A DNA stretch of 64,000 nucleotides from a virus (Duplodnaviria; Caudoviricetes). The notes beneath the pieces were generated by a model, which was not told the DNA's origin, ran no database searches, and saw only the letters and a program-made list of their open reading frames with translations. Position numbers and translations under genes: made by a program. Location of the stretch: positions 32,001 through 96,000 of the IMG/VR virus record IMGVR_UViG_3300023048_000001; one strand, 5' to 3'. Shown here piece by piece: positions 1-9,225 of this stretch. Position 1 is the first letter of the stretch, and each line of letters opens with the position of its first letter.

Positions 1-2
1 TA

Positions 3-89
3 GGTATGGATATGTTTGGTGAAGACCATGATTACCTACTCGTCTCGGCAATCGAAAACGAAAGCAGATATAAGTTCTTAGACGCATGA
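3..89 (+). CDS. 3' end of upstream gene (partial; ...GMDMFGEDHDYLLVSAIENESRYKFLDA*)
   Basis: Open frame from the window edge to TGA at 87-89; ATGA overlap with the next start at 86. Confidence 0.7.
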   Translation, partial: GMDMFGEDHDYLLVSAIENESRYKFLDA

Positions 90-937
90 AATTCATAACA
101 GCAATTTTTAACGGGTTACATGGTTCTAAGTTTGGTGGAAGATTGAATAGAGATAGGCACTACACCTACTCTATTCGTACTCTAGCTAATTTAGGACATC
201 CAATGGTGTGTTACATCGCAACAGATGATATGCCATTTGTACAAGAGTACTTGGCTAAGCATGAAGTAACTAACATTGAGTTTAGAGAATATGATCTTGA
301 ATCTTTTGAATACCATAAAAAGATTCAAGAGATTAAAGAAATAAACAAAGCGGTATATGCTGAAGACAACGTGTGGGAATATCGTTCAGTTGAACTGATG
401 TGGTTGAAGTTGTTCTGGTTAAAGCAGGAAGCTGACACTATGGCTGACATGGATAAAGTGTTTTGGATAGATGCTGGATTATCACATGGTGGTATCATGC
501 CTAAAAAGTATAATGAAAGCCCATTGGATGAATATGAGCAATCATTCCGTAACATTAAGGCTTTCAATCCTAAATTAGCATCTAAGCTTGATAATCTAAC
601 ACAAGAATCATTGTTTACCTTTTATTGTAACAACAGACAGCATCATTACCCACCACTTTATTCTCATGATAATGTAATGAGCGGTAGTGTTGTGGCAGGG
701 TTGTTTGGTGGTAGAGTTTCTGATGTGAAGACTCTATTTGAGAAGGGTAAGGAAATTATTGATTATATTGTTACAGAAGACACTCTTCTACAAGAAGAAC
801 TAATTCTGACATTAGTACATCAACATAATCCGGGACTCTTCCGTGCATTTGATTTTGATACATGGTACCACGAAGACTGGAATTGCTTTGATCCATCAAT
901 GAAATCATTTAGCGCATTCTTCGAAGGTCTTGCATGA
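86..937 (+). CDS. HtrL/YibB (WlaTC)-like glycosyltransferase
   Basis: K-x-x-W/F...FWIDAGLSH and VVAGLFGG...EE motifs; paralogous to the N-half of 1678..3318. Confidence 0.65.
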   Translation: MKFITAIFNGLHGSKFGGRLNRDRHYTYSIRTLANLGHPMVCYIATDDMPFVQEYLAKHEVTNIEFREYDLESFEYHKKIQEIKEINKAVYAEDNVWEYRSVELMWLKLFWLKQEADTMADMDKVFWIDAGLSHGGIMPKKYNESPLDEYEQSFRNIKAFNPKLASKLDNLTQESLFTFYCNNRQHHYPPLYSHDNVMSGSVVAGLFGGRVSDVKTLFEKGKEIIDYIVTEDTLLQEELILTLVHQHNPGLFRAFDFDTWYHEDWNCFDPSMKSFSAFFEGLA

Positions 938-1665
938 GTGGCTATGATTGGGATAGCAAGATAGTTTTCGTTACTCTAGCCATTGGCGAAGAGTATCTAG
1001 AAAAGTGTTTGACATTGGTGCAGAGTGTGATGAAATTCACACACTCTGACATCTATATCATGACTGATCTACCCGAGCTAGCCCAATCTCATGCTAACTA
1101 TTATGGTAAGCGCATGAAGATTGTGGATATTCATGAATATCCATTATACACATCACACATCGATGGTAAGTTTAATTATCATTTGAAGTCAGTAGCATTA
1201 TGGTCTGTGTCAAGAATGTGTAGTGAAGTTATGATTTACGTTGATGCTGACACATTCCTCTTCGGATGGGATAGCAGTATTTCCAGATACGTTAATGGAT
1301 TTGAAGAAACTCTTATGTGTCGCTTCAGAGAACGTGTATCAGACAACACCAGCCTCGCTAGATTCGTCCCTAACAAGGCCGCAGCACATGGCGTAGACTT
1401 CCATACTATAGATGCTAGGTTGGCCGTAGAGACCGTTATGGTGCTTACCAGAGGCTCTTTAACTACTGAGTTCCTTCAGGTATGGAAAGACATCACAGAT
1501 TTCTCAATTGAAAATAAAATTGATCCATTTATTGAAGCTTTTGAGCTTGCATTGGCAATTCACAGGAGCAACATGAACACAATAAATGTAAATAACAAGA
1601 CACCGTTCGCAGATAGTTTCAGGACGGTACATAATAATAAACTAATATCTACGAACATAATTTAA
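934..1665 (+). CDS. GT-A fold nucleotide-diphospho-sugar transferase
   Basis: FVTLAIGEEY start, IYIMTD, FNYHLK, IYVDADT (DxD); ATGA-coupled to upstream gene. Confidence 0.65.
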   Translation: MSGYDWDSKIVFVTLAIGEEYLEKCLTLVQSVMKFTHSDIYIMTDLPELAQSHANYYGKRMKIVDIHEYPLYTSHIDGKFNYHLKSVALWSVSRMCSEVMIYVDADTFLFGWDSSISRYVNGFEETLMCRFRERVSDNTSLARFVPNKAAAHGVDFHTIDARLAVETVMVLTRGSLTTEFLQVWKDITDFSIENKIDPFIEAFELALAIHRSNMNTINVNNKTPFADSFRTVHNNKLISTNII

Positions 1666-1677
1666 ATTAGGATTGGC

Positions 1678-3318
1678 ATGAGTAAAAATTTAACACTAGT
1701 GACAGCTTTGTTCAATATCGGTCGTGGGGAAATGGACACCGATTTTAAACGTTCATTTGACCATTACATTGAATGTTTTGAAAGACTGTTGAGATTAGAC
1801 TTTCCAATGGTCATTTACATTGAAGCAGCAAATGAACACATTGTTTGGAAGCATAGAAAGCCAGAAAACACCCGAGTCATTCTTAAGACTTTGGAAGATG
1901 TTCGCAACTTTCCATTTAATGATAAAATTCAGAAGATCAGAACTGATAAGAATTGGTACGGTCAGGCTGGCTGGCTAGAGAATAGTACTCAGGCTAGACT
2001 AGAACTATACAATCCAGTTGTCATGAGCAAGCAGTTCATGTTGAATGATGCTTCGCTATTTAATCACTTTGATTCGAAGTATTATATGTGGATCGATGCT
2101 GGCCTATCAAACACTGTAAACATTGAACAGTATTTTGATGCTGAATTTGAGCAGAGAATTACACCACACCTTAAGAAGATGATGTATATTGCATTCCCTT
2201 ATGATGGTCAGGTTGAAGTTCATGGTTTCACCAAGTCAGCAATGAATCGTTTTGCTGGTAAGGATACGGAATACGTTTGCCGTGGTGGCCTATTCGGTGG
2301 TTCTAAGGATGCCATCAATGAGATGAATGACATCTACTACCATACATTGAATGACACGCTAAGCAATGGCTACATGGGTACAGAAGAGAGCATCTTTACC
2401 ATCATGTCATATCAGCACCCTAAGAAGTGTAATATTCAGTTCATTGATGGTAATGGTTTGATCGTCAAGTTCCTAGACGATCTTAAGCAGAACAGAATTG
2501 AAGCTGAGCCAGAGTTCCCACTCGCGTTCTATACGTTGACCTTCAACATTCCAAAGCAGTTTGAAATGTGGGCAGAATCCCTAAAGACAGCGTATCCTCA
2601 GGACTTCGATAAGGTTAAGAAGTACGTCATTGACAACTCAAATGATCCAGACGTTGCCGCCGAGTATTCAGAACTATTCAAAAAGTACAATTGCGAAGTA
2701 TTCAAGTTCGACAACATCGGTATTAATGATGGTCGCCAGTTTGCAGCAGAGCATTTCGACAAGAGTAATCACAAATACATGATCTTCTTCGAAGATGACA
2801 TGCTTATGTTTGAAAATGGTAATAGCCGTTGTGTAAGTGGTTTCACGACATGGCAGGCTGACTTGTTCAACAAGTGCATGGAAATCGTTGAGGATGAAGA
2901 CCTAGATTACTTAAAGCTTGTGTTCTCTGAGTTCTATGGTAATAACCACAATGATTGGGGATTCAAGAATGTCCCATCATCAAAGAGAGAAGAACTCTAT
3001 CCAGATACCGGCGATGCTGATAAGCGTTGGAAGACAAAGATTCATTATACCCATTCGTACAAAGGTCTCCCATATTCTGTAGGTCATTATCACTACTGCA
3101 ACTGGCCTATTTTGTTCACCAAGAGAGGAAACAAGAGAATCTTCTTGGATGATAAGTACGAACATCTTTATGAGCAGAACTGGATGAGTCTAGCCGCACA
3201 GTTCCAGCATGACGGTTCAATGAAGTCCGCTTGTTTGTTGGCAACACCAGTAAATCATTTTAGAAAGTACCATTATAGAGAAGGTACAAGACGAGAAAAT
3301 AAGCATTATAAAAATTAA
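1678..3318 (+). CDS. Bifunctional glycosyltransferase: N-terminal HtrL/YibB-like domain plus C-terminal GT2-like domain
   Basis: TLVTALFNIGR, SKQFML, YMWIDAG, GGLFGG, GTEE; C-terminal YVIDNS, NIGINDGR, IFFEDD. Confidence 0.7.
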   Translation: MSKNLTLVTALFNIGRGEMDTDFKRSFDHYIECFERLLRLDFPMVIYIEAANEHIVWKHRKPENTRVILKTLEDVRNFPFNDKIQKIRTDKNWYGQAGWLENSTQARLELYNPVVMSKQFMLNDASLFNHFDSKYYMWIDAGLSNTVNIEQYFDAEFEQRITPHLKKMMYIAFPYDGQVEVHGFTKSAMNRFAGKDTEYVCRGGLFGGSKDAINEMNDIYYHTLNDTLSNGYMGTEESIFTIMSYQHPKKCNIQFIDGNGLIVKFLDDLKQNRIEAEPEFPLAFYTLTFNIPKQFEMWAESLKTAYPQDFDKVKKYVIDNSNDPDVAAEYSELFKKYNCEVFKFDNIGINDGRQFAAEHFDKSNHKYMIFFEDDMLMFENGNSRCVSGFTTWQADLFNKCMEIVEDEDLDYLKLVFSEFYGNNHNDWGFKNVPSSKREELYPDTGDADKRWKTKIHYTHSYKGLPYSVGHYHYCNWPILFTKRGNKRIFLDDKYEHLYEQNWMSLAAQFQHDGSMKSACLLATPVNHFRKYHYREGTRRENKHYKN

Positions 3319-3321
3319 TGT

Positions 3322-3350
3322 TTGACACTACATTGGGGATCAATTATGAT
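3322..3350 (+). promoter_or_regulatory. sigma70-type promoter overlapped by a 10-bp inverted repeat (3333-3356)
   Basis: TTGACA-N17-TATGAT; ttggggatca/tgatccccaa arms. Confidence 0.7.
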
Positions 3351-3376
3351 CCCCAAGTCATTTATGAGGATTTAAA

Positions 3377-3811
3377 ATGTCATTTCCATATGCAGATGGT
3401 ATCTTTCGCACCGCAGATGGGTCCGAACTTCAATTGGAATTTCATCTGAAAGAAAAGTCACAATACAATGGCATTGTTTTCCATAAAAACGAAATCATTA
3501 AAATGTTTGAAAAGTTAAAGTTCTCATCGAACAAATTGATTGGTAATTGGGATCAATATTTTCTAAATTATGACTTAGGTACAGTTTGGGCTTCTGTAGA
3601 CTCTATACTTTTCTATGATCATCGAATTGTACTCAAATTTAAAATTTTAGATACACCTGTTGGTAAAACAAACAAAGAAATGTGGGATACGCTCATTAAT
3701 GTGAAGCATGAATTTTTTGTATCACTAACACATAATAATGGTAAAAATCTTTCATTTTTAACAATTAATTACACCCCAAAATTTGAACCATCGGTACCAG
3801 CTAATGCTTAA
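3377..3811 (+). CDS. Hypothetical protein resembling a degenerate T4 gp21 prohead protease
   Basis: NGIVF...KILDTPVGK motif order; GELxHP and GVSSRG catalytic motifs not conserved; RBS GAGGA. Confidence 0.45.
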   Translation: MSFPYADGIFRTADGSELQLEFHLKEKSQYNGIVFHKNEIIKMFEKLKFSSNKLIGNWDQYFLNYDLGTVWASVDSILFYDHRIVLKFKILDTPVGKTNKEMWDTLINVKHEFFVSLTHNNGKNLSFLTINYTPKFEPSVPANA

Positions 3812-4247
3812 AACTATTCATCAAATTGTAAGTCACAATGATTCAATGTTTGCAACTGAAAAATACCTTGTAAGCCGTGACCATTCAGTATACGAAGATG
3901 GGAACCACTATTTTAGTTATAATTTCTTCATTTCAAGAAAGGAAGTTATTATTCCTGTCAAGAAGCCTAAAGAAGGTCAGCCTAAAGAAGAAATCAGAAT
4001 TATTGATAGCAAATGCCCGCATTTCTTAGTTAAGAATGAATATGGCGTGTATGTTCCAGCAGATAAATCAATAACAAAAATGCTGGATTATTATGGTGTT
4101 GAGCATAAGTATTTTCAGCGTTACTATCAAGATATGAAAGCAATGGATATTGATGCCCACCGAGAACTGGAACCTTCTCAGATGTGGTTCAGCGATTACT
4201 ATACAATTTGGAAATTTAATGACCAAGAAAAAGAAACTGGAAAATAA
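3804..4247 (+). CDS. Hypothetical protein
   Basis: ORF; ATG 3804 overlapping the upstream stop preferred over TTG 3783. Confidence 0.6.
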   Translation: MLKTIHQIVSHNDSMFATEKYLVSRDHSVYEDGNHYFSYNFFISRKEVIIPVKKPKEGQPKEEIRIIDSKCPHFLVKNEYGVYVPADKSITKMLDYYGVEHKYFQRYYQDMKAMDIDAHRELEPSQMWFSDYYTIWKFNDQEKETGK

Positions 4248-4623
4248 CTGGCTCCGCGAACTAATCCCTGATCGTTTCAGTGATTTGGATTACTTGTATG
4301 CTTCCGTACTGTACAAAGGTTTAGTGTTCTTTTGGACGAAAGATGATGGTGAGAAGACACTTCGATACCAGTGGGAACACGTAGAACAGATGAGAGCCGA
4401 GCAGGATGCGGATTACCTATCTGAGACAAAATCATGGGATGATCGTTATGACCATTTCAAAATAATTTACGATGAGTTAGCCGAAGCATATACTTGGGCT
4501 ACTGGCTTCGATGATAGAATGAACAGATCGTATGATTCTATCAAGGAAAGGCAGCGTGAGCGCGAGTTAGATGATAAGCATTTAGCCAATATCATCAAGC
4601 ACAGATGTTCTATGTGGACCTGA
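4219..4623 (+). CDS. Hypothetical protein (ends ...KHRCSMWT)
   Basis: ORF; ATG 4219 preferred over TTG 4150. Confidence 0.6.
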   Translation: MTKKKKLENNWLRELIPDRFSDLDYLYASVLYKGLVFFWTKDDGEKTLRYQWEHVEQMRAEQDADYLSETKSWDDRYDHFKIIYDELAEAYTWATGFDDRMNRSYDSIKERQRERELDDKHLANIIKHRCSMWT

Positions 4624-5468
4624 TGATAATATTTAATTTTCCAGATAGAGCATGCCAAACTCTTGATGAGCTTTCACAGAAGGCGTATTACATAACGCAT
4701 TACGAACATGTTAAAACATATCTTGGATACTTCGGTCACATAAGATTGATCGATGCTGATACCACTATTGTCACTGATAGACACAACAATAACTTTACTG
4801 TGGCTCTCCATGGTAAAGGCAAGAAGATCATATTCGATTACTCTGATTTTGATTACAATGTCCTCGATATGACTCTTTTTGACAGTAGAACACCGTACTT
4901 TAAATTTCATACCACGAAGAACACTAACCCTAGATGCATAGCATTCCCACCAATGTCTTTCACGGATTGGGATGATTACCACTACCTTAAAGACAGCATA
5001 AGTTACAATCCACAGGGAAGTATCTTCTATAAGTGCAGAATCTATGGTGGTGCTACTGAGCGTAGAACTCAGGTATTAGATATGCTCAAGGGCTACTATG
5101 GCGTACCCGTTGACTTTACATTCGTAATGCAGTCTAATTATTTCCAATCTATGAACGATTGCAGGATAAATGTTATTGTTCCGGGTGCTAGGAATGATAT
5201 CCTTGACAGGACTCATCTTCAGTCGTTTGCATACGGAATCCCTGTAATCACTCCTTACATATCCACGATCCTTCCATTTGGTATGCAGTTTGAACCAAAT
5301 GTGGATTACATTGAATGTGCGAGCGATTTCAGTGATGTCATCGAATTGATAGATAGGTATAAGGACAATAAAAAATATCTTGACTTTATATCCAATAACT
5401 GTAAGAATAAATTTAGTAAAACATGTTCATTAGAAGCAGTTCAAAGTTGGGTGTTACAGAACATTTGA
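4623..5468 (+). CDS. GT-B-type glycosyltransferase-like protein
   Basis: C-terminal VPGARNDILDRTHLQSFAYGIPVIT...FEPNVDYI pattern; TGATG coupling. Confidence 0.55.
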   Translation: MIIFNFPDRACQTLDELSQKAYYITHYEHVKTYLGYFGHIRLIDADTTIVTDRHNNNFTVALHGKGKKIIFDYSDFDYNVLDMTLFDSRTPYFKFHTTKNTNPRCIAFPPMSFTDWDDYHYLKDSISYNPQGSIFYKCRIYGGATERRTQVLDMLKGYYGVPVDFTFVMQSNYFQSMNDCRINVIVPGARNDILDRTHLQSFAYGIPVITPYISTILPFGMQFEPNVDYIECASDFSDVIELIDRYKDNKKYLDFISNNCKNKFSKTCSLEAVQSWVLQNI

Positions 5469-5508
5469 TTCAGGTTTCATACAGATAAATAATGGTAGGA
5501 TATACCCA

Positions 5509-5685
5509 ATGAAGACAAATCATCCAGATTTTGATGAATTGACTCAGAAGCTTAATAGGGAAGCTAAAACCTTTCCTAAAAGAGAACAGGGATGGTGTGA
5601 TGGATGTGATGCTAATATAGTAGCTACAAATACACGCTGTTCTGTTTGTGGATTTAAACTTAAAACTAAACATAGGAAACGATAA
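5509..5685 (+). CDS. 58-aa zinc-ribbon protein (not in ORF track)
   Basis: MKTNHPDF...WCDGCD...RCSVCG...KHRKR*; RBS AGGA and GATAAATA (5484-5491) upstream. Confidence 0.75.
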   Translation: MKTNHPDFDELTQKLNREAKTFPKREQGWCDGCDANIVATNTRCSVCGFKLKTKHRKR

Positions 5686-5686
5686 C

Positions 5687-6553
5687 ATGTCTTTCACTTA
5701 GACGATTAACGCAATGAAGGCCACCAAGCAGGCCAAGAATCAGTCCATTATTCAACATGGTCTGAGTGTTTGGAGTTACACTCTTCGCCTACTCAATGGC
5801 GATACCGAAGGCTTCCGTTTACCGCAATGGTACAACGACTATAAAGATGAAATTTATAGTAACCTTCACGATTACAAAACCATTAAGCATTATAACATTT
5901 GGCACGATATTGGTAAGCCTTTCTGCATCACTTTTGATGAGAATGGTAAGCACCATTTCCCTGACCATGCCAAGAAATCTAAAGAAATTTGGGATTCTCA
6001 CTTCCCGGATAGGACTGTCATTTCGACTTTGATCGAACATGATATGGATTTCCATACCCTAAAAGCTGATCAAATCCTTGAGCAGGGTCTATCTACACAA
6101 GACCTCTGTACGCTCATGGTTACCGCTCTAGCAGAGTTGCATTCTAATGCCTCTATGTTCGGTGGCATTGAATCAGACAGCTTTAAGATCAAGTTTAAGA
6201 AGCTTGAAAAGCTCGGTAACCAAATCTGTAAGAAGCTATTTGATCACGCTTACATGTATGTCCTTGTTCGTAATGATTTGAGTAAAGCACAGCAGGCCGT
6301 ACAGGCTGCACATGCTGCTATTGAATCTGGCCGCAAGTTTCTTAAGCCCGGCGATGAACACCCATCTGTCATCCTATGTTCTGTTAAGAGTGAAGCAAAA
6401 TTACTTAAATGTGCTGATGAATTTCGGGCACAGGGTATTGACTTTACCATCTTCAGAGAGCCAGATATTGGGAATCAGGCAACAGCATTGGCTTCTCGAC
6501 CCCTTGTTGGTAAGGACCGTAAAGCCTTCTCTAGATTTCAGTTGTTAACTTAA
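5687..6553 (+). CDS. HD-domain / Pth2-like peptidyl-tRNA hydrolase fusion; in-frame TAG at codon 5 (alternative start 5714)
   Basis: H...WHDIGKP...HFPDHA...HDMDFH HD motifs; YVLVRNDL, QAVQAAHA, FREPD, TALA Pth2 motifs. Confidence 0.8.
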
Positions 6554-6562
6554 GGAAATAAA

Positions 6563-7150
6563 ATGCATATTGAATATAATAAAAATCCATTATACAGTGC
6601 TGTCGTTTTGAACGATACGGATAAAGAATTATTTAAACTTAAGATAAGAGTCTATGTCATGGAAAACATGCTATTAGATGGTGGTATCTATCTTGAAGAT
6701 ACGAAACATTTTGATTTAAAAATGGCAAGACGTTATCTATCAGTTACCTATAATGAGGATGGTGAAACGACTAGCATTGATACTAGAACTGATGAAATGT
6801 ATAAAATTCTTTCCAATGAATTATCATACATGCACTGTGGTGACTGTACATGTGTGGCAATGTCATGTGATAAATGTTTTGCTGAAGAAATATTGGGAAT
6901 TGATACTCTTAAAGGATTAGGTAAGCACTCAGCATATAAAATCGATGCCGCATTTGGTAGCAAAAATGAAAAGGATATTGATGAAGCACTGGAACATTTA
7001 AAAAATTATGATCCAACACCGAAAGACCCCGAAAAATGGGATCGTGTAGGAGGATATGAGCAATATATGGAACGTTGGAAGGCTGAAGGTAAAGTTGCTT
7101 ATGACTGGTTAGCCAACTATGCTAAAACTAATTTTGGAGTAGATGTATGA
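6563..7150 (+). CDS. Hypothetical protein with Cys cluster HCGDCTC...SCDKC
   Basis: ORF with RBS AAGGA. Confidence 0.7.
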   Translation: MHIEYNKNPLYSAVVLNDTDKELFKLKIRVYVMENMLLDGGIYLEDTKHFDLKMARRYLSVTYNEDGETTSIDTRTDEMYKILSNELSYMHCGDCTCVAMSCDKCFAEEILGIDTLKGLGKHSAYKIDAAFGSKNEKDIDEALEHLKNYDPTPKDPEKWDRVGGYEQYMERWKAEGKVAYDWLANYAKTNFGVDV

Positions 7151-7542
7151 ATTACACAGTATTAGCATACAATGCAAGCTATTCGAACCGTTGTGGTGAT
7201 TATTATCGCAGTGATTTTGAATATGAAACTTTTACTGATCCTGATAAGGCAATTGAATTTGCTGCAAGATATTATCTTAGAAAGATGAATGACTCGGAGG
7301 ATTATGAATTAACATTCTTATTCAATGGTCTCCACAAGTGGCATATCGATGAAGAAGATGAAACTTACGCTAATCTTCCTGATATTGAAGATGCTGCATA
7401 CAGAATGGCATTGACCAAGAATGCTGCACTCAAAGCAGCCAAAGAAAAAGAACAGGCTGAAGCTCTTGCCAGACAGCAAGAACGTAAAAGAAACGAAGAT
7501 TTAAAATTACTCGCTCAACTAAAACAACAATATGGAGAATAA
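7147..7542 (+). CDS. Hypothetical protein, C-terminal coiled coil
   Basis: ORF, ATGA overlap, RBS GGAG. Confidence 0.7.
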   Translation: MNYTVLAYNASYSNRCGDYYRSDFEYETFTDPDKAIEFAARYYLRKMNDSEDYELTFLFNGLHKWHIDEEDETYANLPDIEDAAYRMALTKNAALKAAKEKEQAEALARQQERKRNEDLKLLAQLKQQYGE

Positions 7543-7543
7543 C

Positions 7544-7906
7544 ATGACAAAAGAACAGTATCTATCAATCAAAGCATCTTGGAAGAAATTCATTGCAGAT
7601 GGTCGTCACAAGAAATACAAGCAGCCATACACCGGCATTGCTTACGGCCCTTACAGGAAGATTGAATGCTTCTATTGGAAGTCCGATCTTGTAGCCATTC
7701 ATCATTACGTCTATGCACTAATTCGTCGTCGTGATCCTAAAACTATCTTCTCAGAGGCTAGTCTTAACACGGTAGAACAATTACTCAGATGGTATCGCCA
7801 TCGTTCATCTGAATCAGACATAGAGAATCATGTAAAGCCTTTACTTGCACCATTTGGTGAAAACTTCACATTTGATATGTTCAAAGAGTTGGTTGCTAAA
7901 GTTTAA
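7544..7906 (+). CDS. Hypothetical protein
   Basis: RBS GGAG at 7534 favours ATG 7544. Confidence 0.7.
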   Translation: MTKEQYLSIKASWKKFIADGRHKKYKQPYTGIAYGPYRKIECFYWKSDLVAIHHYVYALIRRRDPKTIFSEASLNTVEQLLRWYRHRSSESDIENHVKPLLAPFGENFTFDMFKELVAKV

Positions 7907-7919
7907 CTAGCACATAAAG

Positions 7920-7944
7920 AAAGCCCACCATTCGGTGGGCTTTT
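7920..7944. terminator. Bidirectional intrinsic terminator
   Basis: aaagcccacc-attc-ggtgggctttt between convergent genes. Confidence 0.85.
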
Positions 7945-7946
7945 GT

Positions 7947-9137
7947 TTAGCTAATCTCGTTAATTACCGTTGATGTTGACGGGTTAACTGATACCGTCAG
8001 GGTGTAGATGATAACAATTTCATCATCTGCACTCTTACGAATAGGAGAGAAGACCAAGTGAGTTAGTAAGCGCTCGCGCTCATTAGCTGTAGTAATAGAA
8101 TCATTTGCACTACCAGCATCCTTGCCCGGTACTACTGCATAATTCACATTGCCACAAATACCAACTGAAAGATTATTAAAGAAGTCATTAACATTTCCTG
8201 ATGTACAGGATAGCGAGACTGAAGATGCCGCACCAGTTGCTTTACTTTCAAAATTTAGAAAACCATATGACTGAAGTGAAAGAATAGATGGATATGTTCC
8301 ATTAGTAACATCAGTGATATAGACAAAAACATGATCGTTAATCTGGTCACCGCTTACAATCCAACCACCACCATTAATACCTTCACAGATATCACCATAA
8401 GTGATTTCACCTGCAAGGCCTGTACCCGAGCTAGGAAGCTTCAGTACAGCATTAAAGATTGTGCCATCAACGGTTAGGGTGATGTTATATTGCCCATTTG
8501 GAGATAGTGTAGAGACATCAGAAGACTTCTTGTCACCAACATTGACCGTAGCATAGCCGGAAGAATCACGAGCAGGCTGACCCGCAGTGTATAGCCCGAT
8601 TTCATCAAAGTCGAAGTATTCATCAGCAGCACCTTGTGATGCATCAGTAATGCTTGCGACCTGACCATCAGGCTCATTCTGGTTTAAATAAACAGTGACA
8701 ATAACGTTTGATTTTGTACCAACTTCCTGAGAAACTGTGTTATCTGTACCACTATCATCACTAGGAACAGCACCACCACCGGGACGGACGTTATTAGCAT
8801 CAGCAGAACCCGGATCAGTACCAACTAGTGCACTGGTCTCATCAACGATTTCAGAATATGTTTCGTTATAAAGGCGAGACTCCCAACCGCTCCCATCACG
8901 GCCATCATTGGCTGGGCGATACACAGTCTGGCCGCTGGAATCAGTAAAAGTACCACCATTACCAAAAGCCATGCGATAGACATAATAATTATCTTCCTTG
9001 GCTAATGCTCTAGCGATAACACGAGTCATGTTTTGTGGATGAATTGCATTATACTGGTCTAATAGAACTTTCCCAGTTTTAAGGCTTTTTGCCAGAACAT
9101 GACCGGTAATGCTGACATTAAAATTTTCGTTACTCAT
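7947..9137 (-). CDS. Virion structural protein (baseplate/tail-associated-like)
   Basis: Start MSNENF at 9137 after late motif GATAAATA (9163-9170); FDEIGLY and LLTHLVFSPIRK...IYTLTV typical of phage baseplate/tail proteins. Confidence 0.6.
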   Translation of the reverse strand: MSNENFNVSITGHVLAKSLKTGKVLLDQYNAIHPQNMTRVIARALAKEDNYYVYRMAFGNGGTFTDSSGQTVYRPANDGRDGSGWESRLYNETYSEIVDETSALVGTDPGSADANNVRPGGGAVPSDDSGTDNTVSQEVGTKSNVIVTVYLNQNEPDGQVASITDASQGAADEYFDFDEIGLYTAGQPARDSSGYATVNVGDKKSSDVSTLSPNGQYNITLTVDGTIFNAVLKLPSSGTGLAGEITYGDICEGINGGGWIVSGDQINDHVFVYITDVTNGTYPSILSLQSYGFLNFESKATGAASSVSLSCTSGNVNDFFNNLSVGICGNVNYAVVPGKDAGSANDSITTANERERLLTHLVFSPIRKSADDEIVIIYTLTVSVNPSTSTVINEIS

Positions 9138-9225
9138 TAAATAGATTGCTCCAAGATATCTGTATTTATCGTTGTTGAAAACATGAGGATATGGTATGTT
9201 TGCAATCATTTTCACGGAGAACATT

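Noticed and set aside
5470-5697. Minus-strand 75-aa ORF in the track
   Set aside because: The plus-strand zinc-ribbon ORF 5509-5685 has an RBS, promoter motif and operon context
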